From the human T2T-CHM13v2.0 reference genome, Homo sapiens: a DNA stretch of 64,000 nt. Shown here piece by piece: positions 25,651-39,949 of the stretch. Numbering within the stretch: the stretch's first letter is position 1; each line of letters starts with the position of its first letter. The notes under the pieces were generated by a model that was not told the origin of the DNA, did no database searches, and worked only from the letters and a program-made list of their open reading frames with translations. The DNA is taken from NCBI RefSeq assembly GCF_009914755.1, contig NC_060926.1; one strand, 5' to 3'. Position numbers and translations under genes: made by a program.

Positions 25651-26194
25651 GACCCCCCCCCCGCCCCCCCCCAATGCTGACCTTCTCTGAAACTAGCTCC
25701 TGAAAAGAGAGGTTTGGTTTTCGGCTCCTTGAAAGAAAAAAGAAGAAAAAAAAAAACAAACGAACCCAGTGCAGGGAGGGGCATGCCACAGGAAAGCAGA
25801 ATCTGCTTCTGCCACTGGCCTTGCTGGTGACAATGAAGATGTTCCCTCTTCATGTGCCAAACCAGCTTGTCACAGATAGAGCGTGGTGTGAGCCAGCTTC
25901 TCCATAGACTCCTGGCTCCTGCCCATCGGCTCAGAAGGAGCGCAGCTACTGGGGAGAGCAGCTCATGACTCAAAATCACGTCCTGCTGCTAATGCAGCAA
26001 GACCTCCATCCAAAGGCAACAGTGTCATTAGGGGACCCTGGAGCTTGTCTTAATCAATAGGGACAAGATTTCCACATGATTTCTATCCCTTGAGAAATTT
26101 TCAGTGGCGCCAATGCTGCCTATTATTTAAGGCACAAGTGTTTCCTCATCTGCAAACATCAGCTTATATCATGCTTAAGCCTATTGGCTTGTGC

Positions 26195-26372
26195 ATGTTC
26201 ATGCAAGCACACACATGCTCAGGCGTGTAAACACATATACACACACTCCTGCACGCACACACGTTCATGCATGCACACACACACATTCATGCATGCACAC
26301 ACACACACAGATTCAGGCATGTGCACACATATATACACACTCATGCATACACACACATACGCCCACACTCAC
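26195..26372. repeat. Degenerate (CA)/(CATG)-rich simple repeat
   Basis: Read directly; it accounts for the His/Thr-rich ORFs. Confidence 0.85.
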
Positions 26373-27100
26373 TGAACAATGCCAGCTATTGTCTCTGGAC
26401 TGATTGATGACACACCAAGTCCTTCATCCTACAGTCTTTGACTTATGCATTGATGAATTCTGGTGACTGGTGACTACACGAAGAAGATCTACTAGGTAAC
26501 TTATTCTTTATTTGGCCTCAATTTCCACTTATATGAAGCAGAAAAAAACAAAAATAAGTACATATCTGGGTGCTAGAAATTTTCACTTTAAATATTAAAG
26601 AATATATGTGTCCCCAGAGTTAAAATATTATAAATCTAAAATAGAATCCTAAAGATTGACGGGCTCATATTGAAGGCACCTGATTTTTAAAATCTATTTA
26701 TACAACTAATTGTACAAGTCAACGATGTTAAAACATAATAAAGACTAAGTTAGCCCTTTAAGTGATTACATTTTCATATACTTTCATGTTGCTAAAACTG
26801 AAATGCTAGTCTGGTTAACCTGCTAGGTTTTCGCTACTAGTCAACAAACTGGAACATGATAGGTGGTTAAACCAAACCCAAACCAAACATAAATCAAAAC
26901 TCTTTGATTCCTGGTCACTGTTAAAGGTCAAATGTCTCCTTATAGCAACAAGCATACATCTGTATTGAAGTAGCAGGCAGAGAGCTTGCTGACTGTGATT
27001 TCAGCTGCTTTAGGGGGTATAATTCTTTTAAGACAAACTGCACTACACAGTATTATCATCAGGATTCCAAAGTGCAAGGAGACCTCCTTGAGTTTGGCCT

Positions 27101-27118
27101 TGACCAGCAGGTGGCAAC
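27101..27118 (+). promoter_or_regulatory. Candidate CTCF site
   Basis: tgACCAGCAGGTGGCAac fits the core CCASYAGRKGGCR. Motif only. Confidence 0.5.
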
Positions 27119-27239
27119 AAGCATGGAGATGGGTTTCTGTTTGGGTTGGCGACTTGTTTGGTTTATGTTTCTTTGAGTTGAGTTTGCTTAAATGAGGGAG
27201 GATCATGGTGGAGATACCATATGTAATGACAAGGACAGC

Positions 27240-27400
27240 AGCCTTAGAAGGCAGATGCCATTATTGTTCCCATTTCACAGGTGAGAATATTTAAACTTAG
27301 GAATCTAAGTACTTTCCCAAAGACACTAGTCTGGTCAGTAATAGAGTGGATCTGTGAATCCAGCTTTGCCTCACATGCCCAATCTCTTGCTCTTGGGCAT
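27240..27400 (-). mobile_element. MIR relic
   Basis: attattgttcccatttcacaggtgaga...aagtactttcccaaagacac. Confidence 0.7.
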
Positions 27401-27728
27401 GACTCAGTTCCCTGGAGCACATTATAGCATTTCATGCCTCTAGCCAGGCCTGGGCTGTGCTGCTTTGACTGGTTAGAACACCCATGGCCTATTTATCTGC
27501 TATTCTTCAAAGCCCAAGTCATATATACTCTTTTTCACTTAAATGTCTCTGGTGGCCTCAGACAGAATTATCTGTTTCCCCATTTATGTTCCCATAGACT
27601 ATTGTGAGTCCTCATCATTTGTCTGGAACGTGAGGCGGGTAGAAGTGAGTGCCATGGAATGAAGTTGCTATGTTAAGATCAGAAAAGGAAGGGATTTCTA
27701 CACCATGGTAAATAACTTACTGTGTAAT

Positions 27729-28410
<682 letters not shown>

Positions 28411-28537
28411 CTGTAGTAAAATGAGCATGCAGGATGGATTGTAAACCAGAAAATACCATGGTCACACAGTACCAACAGGTATTCCCAATTTTAAAAGAGA
28501 AAACTACACTTTTTATTGTTATTTATTTATACAATTA

Positions 28538-28647
28538 CAAGCATCAACAAACATTTCTGTAAAGAACCAGAGGATACATATTTCAGGCTTGGATGCAGAT
28601 CCACAGTTTCTGTCTGTGGGCTGCAGGCCGTGGTTTGCCAACCACAG
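28538..28647 (+). mobile_element. MER58A-like MITE remnant
   Basis: caaacatttctgtaaagaaccaga ... gccgtggtttgccaacc. Confidence 0.6.
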
Positions 28648-31147
28648 TATAATAAAATAGACTTTCAAAAGAAACTTATAATTTCTCAAACACTTTTGTT
28701 TGCTGGGTAGACATCCAAATAATTCTTTTTGCAAGAAATTGATTTAGGTATCATTTTATTGCAGATATAACTGATTAGACACATATGCAAATAACTGTAA
28801 ACAGTGTGATTTAGCCTCCTTGTGAGGGAAATACACTAAGAACCCATTGCTGTTAACGCATAGACCAATGCATGTGTATTAAGAATCTCTCAAATCTCAA
28901 AATTGACGTTTCAGGGGAGCCTCAACTCCCAGGGGGCTCAGCCTCATTCTATAGAAGTCACCAACCCATTATCAAAGCCTCACGCTAGTATCATTTTATA
29001 AAAATAGACAAGAGAAAACAAGATCCCACATGGGAAATGCTGCCGCCACAAGAATGTGATCGCCTCTGTCTCTGTTACCTTCTATCTAAAAGCAGATATT
29101 GCTGTGGGATCTTTTTCAAAAACTTCTCATTTCACATGAATGTTTCCCCCAAGCGCCCTCTATTTTCAGCAAATCTCAAGGATGTTTTGCTTGCCTTGGG
29201 TCAAAGAATCACTCTGACTTGTGTAAATGAAACATTGACCAGGAAAAAGGGAACTGATTTTTATTTGTCGCTTTAAGGCAGACATTGAACTAGACCTTTT
29301 GTCTTTATTCAGGTTTGTATCCTGCCCAACAACTTATTGCGGTCATCACTCTTCCCCTGAATTTATAGATAATGAATTTGAGCCTCAAAGACTTTCCAGG
29401 CCACACATCTGGTGTAACAGCTGGGTATAAGATTTAAACCCAAATCATATATTCCAAGGTATATATCTGTTTTACCCCATCAGATTTTTTCTTTCTTACG
29501 CTTAGTGCTTTTATCAGAGCTCCTCTCCCATCCAAAGCAACCCCTTATCTCTGAAGCAGAATCACTGTCTGCAGGTTTCACATTAACGTGGATTCCTCCT
29601 TCCCTTCTTCTCCAGCAAAGCATCCTGAGTAGAGGGGGCTCGCAGAAGGAAGCAGAAGAGGCGCTCCTCTGGTGGCTCTCCAAAGTGCACAGAGCTGGGA
29701 TATGGCAGGGATGGGGGAGGCTGGGGGACCAGGGGGTCAGGCAGCTGAAACTGATGAGGCAGCCCACCAGCTATGTCAACAGAGCAGGGCGCCGGAGTGT
29801 TGGAGCCCTGGGGCTGATGGAGCCCTGGGCTGCGAGCCTGCCCACAGAGCCGCCAAGTCTAGACTCCAGATGTGTGTTCACCGCTACCCAGCCAAGTCAG
29901 ATCCAGCGGGTAAATATTCCTACCAGATGACAGTGGGCTCAGTTACAGCAGTGATGACAAAAGACAAAAATAGGAACAGAGTGAATACCAGGCACTGCTG
30001 CTGCTCCTTGGGGGAGACAAACACACACTCACACACACACGTGCACACACACACTACATACCTCTCCAAGACGCTATTACGGCAGTAAATCGTATATGTT
30101 CTTATATTTTCTTGCTAAGTCGAAATAGTTCCAAGATGAATTGAAGGCTATTTAAGTAAATTAAACACTTAAAATGAGCTGAAATTGGGTGCATGAAAAG
30201 GACACAAGCAATTTACCTTCTGATTTTTAATCTTTTGAGAGATAGAGAGCTGAGAAAAAGACAGAAAGCAAGTTTTTAAGAAATTGTTTTAGAATACAGA
30301 GCAATGAAATGTTCATTTGTTTGGAGAGTTGAGAGTTGCACAATTTTAAAGAGACTCAAGATAAAACTGCATAATAAAAATCTAAAAATAGATCTGTCTT
30401 CCAGCTTTCTTCAGGCCAAATGTTTATCACTATCTCCCACACCAGCCCTACCCAGAGAGTCATCAACTGTGTCACCTCGATTACAGCTAGTTCTGATGAC
30501 GTCATAGGCTGATTTCAAAATGTGGCTTTCAAAATCTGCCTCGAGCAATTGCAGGGAAAGAACATAGGTTTTCAATAATTCCCGAGTTGTAATATCTCTT
30601 TGCTTAAAATATACTGACACCTGGTAGGAGGTAAGGTTTCACTTCCTTGTGAAATTACAGCCTTCCATATATCAGAGACAGCAGCTGAAAATGAATGAAA
30701 TGCTAGAATTTTTTATGAACTCCCTCACTCCATTCACAGTATCCCAGGAGACATTTAGGTAATATTATAGACATCGACACTTTCACTGTTCTCTTACTTT
30801 ACTTCTTGAGAGGATAGGATTTTATTTGGGGGGAAAATAGACCCAGAACTGGAGTCTAGATCATCCCCTTTAGATTAAAAAAAAGGGTGACCCCTGACAA
30901 CCAGGGAAGGCAATTACTACTGACCAATTAACCACCACTTTCCAGACACTTCACTTACTTTATCCCCTGTAATTTTCACAAGCAGCCCGAGAAGTTAAGT
31001 ATATTATAGAATAAACAATTTCCACAGAGTCACAGAGATGGTCCGTACAGAGCTGGGATTTGAACTCATTCTGCCTGAATCCAAATGGAAATCTAACATA
31101 TGCTGGGGAAAGGATCTGGGTAGAATGACAGGCTCCAGTGATACTGA

Positions 31148-31867
<720 letters not shown>

Positions 31868-32554
31868 TAAATGTAAATTTTCTCATATAATTTGATGAGT
31901 CCATAAAGTATAAAATCTTTCCATTCATTTTCAGATGAAAAATAAAACTATATCTGCCGGATTTGCTTGAAGGAAAAATTAACAATACATTGAATCTCAG
32001 CTAAAAACAAACAAACTCAATAGTATATCATAGATTCAGTACAATCATAGGTCCTCTGACCACAGCTGGCTACATCATTGACTTAAACTTCATAAAAGCA
32101 CCCAATTTAAATCTGTAATAATGTATCTGAGTCCTTCTCTTATCTCAAGGTCATTATAATACAGCCTCATTTCTTATTATATCACATCAGAGTCTCTAAA
32201 ATTCAAACTATTTAAATTTTATTTTATAGTCTATACATATAATTTTTATTATTTATTATTCAATTTTTTTATTGATTGGATACTTAATGAAAGGAAGTAC
32301 ATGCTACCCACTTTTCCTTTATTTTTGAAACAGAAAATTTGAGTCACCCAAAGAGGTGAGAAAGATATGGAGGCTGTCCAGATGGTTCTGTCCTTGGCCT
32401 TTTTTCTCTGCTTTCACATCATCCAAGATTCCATTCACTGTCATCATTTCAGCCACCTCTGCTATGTAGTAAATGTTCCTGATTGTGCCTTTGGCTGTAG
32501 ATATGTGTGACAGTTCCACCCTTCACCCCAGGAGGGACAAACCAGGCTTTGCCC

Positions 32555-32675
32555 CTTCCTTCCAATGACCCTCACTCCTTCCTCTCCTCCTCCCCTGGCT
32601 TCCCCTTGCCCTCCTCTCTCTTCTCCTCCATCCTTCTTTTCCTCCTCCCTCTGCTCCCCCTCCTCCTCCTCCTCT
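32555..32675. repeat. CT-rich / (CCT)n low-complexity tract
   Basis: Read directly. Confidence 0.85.
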
Positions 32676-32927
32676 GAATTCTCTAAGGACAGCAAAGCCA
32701 AAGCTGGCTACCCTTCTCTCTTGCTCCACTCATCTAATCAGTTTCCAAACCACACACCCTGCCTCCTCTCTGCCCCCTGACCCGCCTTTCTCCTTCCCTG
32801 TGCCATCACTCAGGTAGAGGCTCACTGTTCTCCTGGGGTCTATACTACTTACTTTACACTGTTCTGCCCATTTCCTGCCTTTCTGCATTCCTTTTGCTTG
32901 ACATTCTCCTGTAATTGGCTTTCTATT

Positions 32928-33301
32928 TGTTATGGATGGCATGTGTGTGTGTCCTCCACAAATTCATATGTCAAAACCCTAAGCTCTAATGGGATGGTAT
33001 TAGAAGGTGGGGGCATTGAGAGGCGATGGGTTCTGAGGTTGGGGACCTCGTGGTGGATGTGTGCCCCCATAAGGAGAGACAGGAGAGAGCTTGCTTCCTT
33101 TCTCTTTACTGCCTCTACCATGTGAGGATACAAGGAAAAGAAGGCCATCTTCAAACCAGGAAGCAGACCCACCACACATTGAATCTGTCAGGACTTTGAT
33201 CTTAGCCTTCCCAGCCTCCAAAGCTGTGAGAAATCAATGTCTGTCATTCAAGCCACCCAATCTATGGTAATTCATTATAGCAGCCCAAACTGACTAAGAC
33301 A
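32928..33301 (+). mobile_element. MLT1A-like solo LTR inserted into L2
   Basis: tgttatggatggcatgtgtg...aaattcatatgtcaaaaccctaa...gcagcccaaactgactaagaca. Confidence 0.85.
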
Positions 33302-33800
33302 TCATTGTTCTTCCTACAAAGGAAACGCACTTCATATGGCTTTTAGGCTTTGTATGCACCAGCCCAGCCTCATCTCCTGTCCCAGTGGCCAAGCTGCAGT
33401 CAGAGGACCTTCTTTTTGTCCCTTGCACTTGTATGATTTTGCCTCCACAGAGATTTTGTTCATGCTGTTCCCTCTGCCTGCATTGTCCTTCCCTTCAATT
33501 TGGCCTTGGCAATTACTGCTCATCTGTCAGCTCTTGCTTAATTGCTAATGCAACGAGGAACATGTTTCCTATGCTCTCTGGCTAGACCAAGCTGTCATGG
33601 TGCTATGGGGGTCTCCTCAGTCATCTAAGTTGCAGCTTTTCATGTATCCATGTTATTTGATTTATGTCTGTCTCCCTCATGATATTATAAACTACGTGAG
33701 GGCAGAGAACTTATCTGGCTTTGCTGGCCGTTGTAGCTACTGTTCCTAGCACATGTTCTAATAGATGAATAAATGATCAATAAATATTTGTGGACAGAAG
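33302..33800 (+). mobile_element. L2 3' relic
   Basis: catgctgttccctctgcctg, tataaactacgtgagggcagaga, caataaatatttgtgga. Confidence 0.65.
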
Positions 33801-33831
33801 GAAAGAAAGATGGTAAATGAAAAAGAGGGAG

Positions 33832-34364
33832 GTTTATTAGTTTTCTATTGCTGTCTAACCAATTACTGTAGACACAGTGGCTTAAAGCAACACAGACTCA
33901 TCATCTCAGTTTCCATGGGTCAGGACTCTGGCACGTGTTCGCTGGATACTCGGGTCAGCATCTCACAGGGCCAAAGGCAAGGGCTCAGCCAGCTTCGTCC
34001 TGTTGTGGAGACTGACCAAAGAAAGATTTGCTTTCTTGCTAAAGGTCAGCTGGTGGCCAGAGCTCATGGAGGCTGAGTTCAGTTCCTTGCCAGGTGACCC
34101 CACCCATAGACCCTCTTACTTTTCCAATTACTCTACTTCAGAAAGGGTCATTTTAAGCCTCCTTAAGGGACCACCTGATCAAATCAGGCACACCTGGATA
34201 ATCTACCTTTTGATTGACTCAAAGTCACCTGATCAGTAAAGTAATCACAGGAGTGATAACACCATCTTCACGGGCTCTGCGGGCAATCCAAAGAGGGGGT
34301 CACGGGAGACATGCACCTCCAGAAAATGAGATCTTGGGGAACGTCTTGGAACTCTGCTGCCCAC
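33832..34364 (-). mobile_element. MLT1E/F-like LTR
   Basis: ttagttttctattgctg...agtggcttaaagcaacac...ccatgggtcagga...ggataatctacctttt...ggagtgataacaccatc. Confidence 0.75.
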
Positions 34365-36214
34365 AGAAGGACGTGAGTTGTGGCAACCAGACAGGTGAAC
34401 ATCATTGCTCCTCAAGGTAGGATGTTGGTTAGAATAACAGACTTTCAGAACTTTGCCACATGCTGGTTGAGAAATGTTGAATAAGTTAGAACCTTTCAAA
34501 GTCTTCATTTCCAAATACATATGATTATAATAGCAATAACATCTTCTTCAGGAGTTTCTATGAAAGATTAAATGTCTTCAGCCACAAAATGCTTTGAGCG
34601 GTATCCCTGGGACATAGGACATATCCATGAGAGGGACCTATCTCTGTTGGGATTCTTACATGGCTTTTGGGAACAATGGATCCAGGATTTGAAATGCAGA
34701 TTTTTCCCGGAATACCTAGAACATATGGTCTCCAAAATTAGAGAGGCAACATCCAATCAGCAATATATTTCTGTGGGAAAAAATCCCCTTGGAGACAGGA
34801 AGCTAAAGAGAAGACCAAAAAAAAAAAAAAAAAAACAAAATCAAATCCAGGCCTGGTAGTTACCTATTTCATTAAGGAGCATTTACACCTTCCTTAATCA
34901 AAGAGTTTTTAAATGTTATTTGAGAGAAAATTATATTATTTTATAAGTTTTGAGTAATACACATAGCAAGTGGAGCTAAATAAAAGAGACTTTGAACTGA
35001 CTGCCTGTTTTTATTTTGTTTTACACCAAGTTATCTGCTCCTAAATCAAAGTTAATAATATTTCCCACTTAAAATGCCCCCAACATCCTACCGTAGTTAT
35101 TTCTCATGTTTCAAACTCCCATTCTTGCTGATGAGGGCTTTCTTTTCTATCTAATTTATTTGGATTCTGTTCTCTCCAGTATAATGTAGGAACTTCCCAC
35201 AGAGTTGATGAGATCACTTCCTGCTGCCTCAGCACAGGGCTGGAGCTGAGTCAGGCCGGCCAGGCCACCCATCGCAAAGGCTGTCATTAGGACTGATTGT
35301 CAGAGATAATGTAAAGCCTTAGGAAATGTCACTGACACCCAGAAAATGGGAGCGGAAACCTACCTTGTAGCACCATCCGCTTATACCCTGTGATTCCACC
35401 GAAACGTCCTCCTGATCTACGGCTCTCACCTCCTTCCTATCAGCTTTCCTTGCTGGTGACAGAATGGTACCTGCACCCTGGAGGAGAACCCTCACAGGCC
35501 ATGCTTGGTCCCTGGGGTTTGGGGGCAGCTTGGGCTCATAAAGAGAAACGATGTGGAGGGAGAAGCCTTAGTCTTAACCTCTGGCATTGCCACTTGCTGG
35601 CACCATCTGTTCCTTCGCCTCCGTGGGCTCTGGTTTCTGCTTCTGCACCCCTGCAATGGGACAGTCCCAGCACCTGCCATATTTATCTCCCGTCTCTGTT
35701 GTTTGTGGAATCAGATGTTGGATGGGACTTTCTCCGCTTGTGAAATCGGGTTAGAATCTGGAATGGGAGCTTCACGCCATTTCCATAATTTCTGCAAGTC
35801 CTCCCACCTCAATGCCTCTGCCCCCAGTTCTGTGCTCATTCATTCTATTCAGCTGCATCTTTTAATCCAACGCCCTTTGGCATTTCAGCCTCACAATTTT
35901 ACTAAAGGTGTGGGTGCTGTTTGGAAGCATCACATCCTATATCATATAGTCTCTGCTATTTGGTAAATTGCACCCCTTTCCTCTAAGTCTTCCTGCAGTC
36001 GAGTCTTCTAGGGAGTGATGTACAATTCCCCAGGCTGGGGCTTTTCCCAGGCCAGCAGGCAGCCCACATAGCCTGCCCTGCCTTCAGGAGAACTTCAGTG
36101 GATGGAATAGTCTCCGTCTCATAATAGTAGGGTCTAGTGAGTTATTATTATATTAAGGTCTTTGGGAGCACTTTGATACTGGTGAAGTAAATAACAAATG
36201 TCAGGTATAATTAG

Positions 36215-36449
36215 TGCCTTAGACCATTTGAGCTGCTATGCAAAATAGCACAGACTGAGTGGCTGATAAATCACAGAAATTTATTTCCTATACTTCTAAA
36301 GGCTGGGAAGCCCAAAATCAAGGTGCTTTGAGATTCAGTGTCTAGTGAGGGCCTGCTTTCGGATCCTTAGATGGTACTTTCTTGATGTGATCTCATATGG
36401 TAGAAGGGGTGTGGGATCTTGCTGAGCCTCTTTTATTCAGACCATAGCA
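36215..36449 (-). mobile_element. Internally deleted MSTD/MLT1A-like LTR
   Basis: ttagaccatttgagctgctat...cagaaatttattt...ggctgggaagccc...attcagaccatagca. Flanks attag/attca. Confidence 0.75.
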
Positions 36450-36959
36450 ATTCACATTATTTTGAACATCATGGGGCATAAAAACTTCTGCAAGCACAAC
36501 CGAATGGAATCTGCAGCAAGTCTTAGTGATGGCTGGCCTCATGGCAGAAATCAAACCTTCATGTTAAATGGGCATCTTTTAACTAAAGACATCACACTGT
36601 GGAGGTATGATCCATAAATATGCAAGCGCTGCAGCCATAACTCCGTTCACCTTGCAAAAGCAAAAATCCAATTATAAGTTGGGTCCAGAACCAGACCAGA
36701 AAGGATGGCTTGGTGAATGGCAACACAGTTTCATTGAAAAATAAAGCCAAGCATGTGTTGGATTACTTCTTTCTGTCTATTCTATCAGTACCATGAAAAG
36801 CAGGTTGAGTAAATATTTATTAATCAGTCTCTTGGAAATATTTTACTATTCTTTTTTCTAATATTATATGAATGAGAAAATGCATACAAAATGATATAAA
36901 GAAATAAAGAAAAATATAAACAATAACAATGCACCTAAAACCAGCTGAAGAAACAAAAT

Positions 36960-37170
36960 ATTGCCAACAGAGTCGAAGCCCACTTTCAACCAATTCTTCC
37001 CCCACCTCTCTCTTCTACCTTCCCCAGGGATAAGCTCCCAGAGGTAACCACTGGCTTGAACTGGATTTTTATCATTTCCATGGTTTTCTTTGTATCTTTT
37101 CTTATTTGTTTCCTCAACTTTTCCTACATATGCATGTGCTCCTAAGCTATATTTCCACATTTCTGTATTG
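36960..37170 (-). mobile_element. L1ME-like 3' fragment
   Basis: cccagaggtaaccact...tttatcatttccatggttttcttt. Confidence 0.5.
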
Positions 37171-37237
37171 GAGGGCTTTCTAACCACTGTCCTGGGGCAC
37201 ACTGGTGTGCCTGGAACGACTTACAAGCTGCCAAGCA

Positions 37238-37590
37238 CCTTAGTCAGCCAAGGGCTCCATAACAAAGTGCCATGGACTGGGGATGTCAACAAGAGATGTT
37301 ATTTTCTCACAGCTCTGGAGGCTGGAAGGCTGAGATCAAGGTGTCCACAAGGTTGGATTCCTCAGTCTTTTCTCCCTGGCTTAGATATGGTACCTTCTGG
37401 CTGTGTTCTTGCATGGCTTTGTCTCTGTGCACCTGCATCCCTGTTCCTTCCCCTTCTCATAAGGACACTAGTGGTATTAAAGTCCCACCTTTGTGATCTC
37501 ATTACAGGATCTATCTCTAAAAACTGTCATGTTGGGGATTTGGGCTTCAGCATATGAATTTGGAGGGACACAATTCAGTCCACAGTGTCA
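37238..37590 (-). mobile_element. MLT1A0/MLT1B-like LTR
   Basis: ccataacaaagtgccat...ttctcacagctctggaggctggaag...catatgaatttggagggacacaattcagtcc. Confidence 0.8.
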
Positions 37591-38779
37591 TGTTAGTCAT
37601 CTTTTCTGCCTTCCACAATCTTGCTGATTTATAAATAAGCAAACCTGAAACAACGTTTCATGAAATCACCGCCCTTGAGACACAGAAGAACAGCTTGGCA
37701 CATTTGCCCACCCTCCACCGCCCTGGCCGCATTTTTCAGAACTCAAGACTCAGAATTTCTTTGGGGAGCTTCTCTGATTTTTCACATTCCCTGTAAGAAT
37801 ATACTTGGATGATATTCTTGGATATGAGCTTGGTTTCTCTTCAATGGAAATTCAATGCCCGCTTTTTTCATCCTGATCATTCACAAGAATAATGAGTATA
37901 TGAGGGAGAACAGAGAGACTCTTTCTTATTTAAAGTCTCAACCTGTTTGGTGTACATCTCTCTAGCAGAATCTCTGGAATGTGGAACCTCCTGGTCCATG
38001 CAGATCAAATGTCGTTACCAGTTTAAAAACAAATTAGTCCATAATAACTCTTCTGAACCTGCCCTCAAGCAGCCCAAGCCCCTCAAACTAAGAAAGCCAG
38101 TGACAAGCACTACGTTTCGGGCAGTCGCTCCATTGTCCTCCCCAGAGGAGCTCCACCAACACTGACAGCTCAGGGCTAACTTATTCTCCAGGAATTATCC
38201 CAATTGCCTGCAATGCAACACAGCTGCCTCTGCAGGAGACCCTTTCCCTTTCCACAGGGACAGCCTCCATCCTGTGCAAAGAGCGGAAAGGTCTGGCCTC
38301 CTGGCCTCCAGATAGAACAACACTGAGTTCAGAACTCCCTGTGGGATCTGTGAGGCTTTTGCATTAACTACATTTCACTTAAACTCTTTCATTTGTTCAA
38401 TTGTCCTCATTTCACTCCTCCATAGAGGCACGCTGCCATCAACTCCCTGACTCAGATTTCTATCTGTATCTGCTGCCTGAGGAACCTGACTTAGAGCAGC
38501 AGGTGCCAGGCCTGGTCTCAGGAATTTGACTCTAAAATGGAATTCTGGAACTGGGCAGCCTTTCGGCCGACAGGCAGTGAAGACCCCGTCACTAGGAGCC
38601 AGGGACAGAAGCATGAAGAGCCCCAGCATGCTGCACTGCAATTGTCCGTTTCACAGTCACGAACTAGGAAGGGACACTCAGCAGGGCATGCACAGGGCGC
38701 GAGGCCCCACACATTTGAGAAATTCAAGGGATAGGATAATTCTGAGGACGTGAAACTCCAATGACCATTGCTGAATGTT

Positions 38780-39900
38780 ATTGATACTTTGGGGCAGAAA
38801 ATTTGAGATTTAGGTCCAGAAGTTCATTGTCAGTGTGGCAGAGCTCCAGTGGAAGTAGAATCTCCACTTCAGCAAAGTTACTACCACGCCAAGATTAGAT
38901 CCCTATTTGGGAAGTTGGGTGCTGAGATTTGGGGCTGGAGCACAGACATCAGTGCTTCTGAAAATTTCACGCCCCTTCATCTGTCCAAACCTATGGGTGA
39001 GCAGAAGTAACCCACTCCTCTCTGCTAAGATCTGGTGACCACTGCCTTACAAGAGAATGAGAGCCAGAACCACTTCCTCCCTATCCCTCACCCCTACTTA
39101 AGACCTATCCCACCAGCTCTCCTAGCTACCAGGTCAACACTTACGTCTCAGCACAATATGGCTGGGAACATGTTGGGCCTGCTGAAAAGGAGAAGGACTG
39201 TTCCCCAAAAGAGCTGCAAGCCCTTACCAACATGTATCAGCAGGAGCTGGGAGAGTGGAGCCTGAAGGCCTGGGATCAAGGTCAAGGTGAGACATAGGAG
39301 GACAAGGGCAAAATCTCCTGTGATCAAGGGTTGAGCATGCAGGCTAGGGCCATGGGGGAGGATGCTAACACACTGTGGAGGCACTGGGAAGCCAGGAGAA
39401 AGCACCAGCCTATACTAAGTGAGGCAGAAATCTCAGAACATCTCAGACATGAAAAAAGAAATCAAAAGTCTCAGAGAAATGGGGTTGCTGGCACTAATGT
39501 GTTATAGAAGACCACTTGATTTTAACAGGGAGGAGTGGAATACCAGCCAATTAAGCATCACAAGAGAGCATGGAGGCTGTTTTCCAAAGCAAGAAGGAAT
39601 GTCCTGTTGAATAGAGCATCAGTTTCACGGGAAAACTCAGTGCGGCTGCTTTCTACAAGTCAAGACCGACAGTAGGAATGCTGATACAGAACTGTGTCCC
39701 CTGATATCCATAACACAATAGGATTCCCCAAAATCAAAAGCCAGGTGGCAATGCTTGATCATTAAAAGGAAGGTGGGTGCAATGATTGTAATGATTGGCA
39801 GGGTGGTATCCAGGGACCCTGGCCCACAGTTAGCTGTGGAGATGCTGAACCTGACATTCCCGAGGGCAAGAGAGATGGGCAGCCAGTGAGTCAGCAGGCA
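38780..39900 (+). mobile_element. ERVL-class (HERV16/ERVL-like) internal gag remnant, frameshifted
   Basis: Peptides across frames EKDCSPKELQALTNMYQQELGEW, LREMGLL, QVAMLDH*KEGG, PEGKRDGQP resemble ERVL gag motifs from memory. No flanking LTR recognised. Confidence 0.65.
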
Positions 39901-39949
39901 AAGAGATGGAGTTAGTTTATGTGGTACTGTATTGTTCAAGAGGAGGAGA

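Noticed and set aside
29741-29765. gaaa/ctgatga resembling a hammerhead ribozyme core
   Set aside because: The motifs are directly adjacent, with no room for stems I-III or the cleavage triplet.
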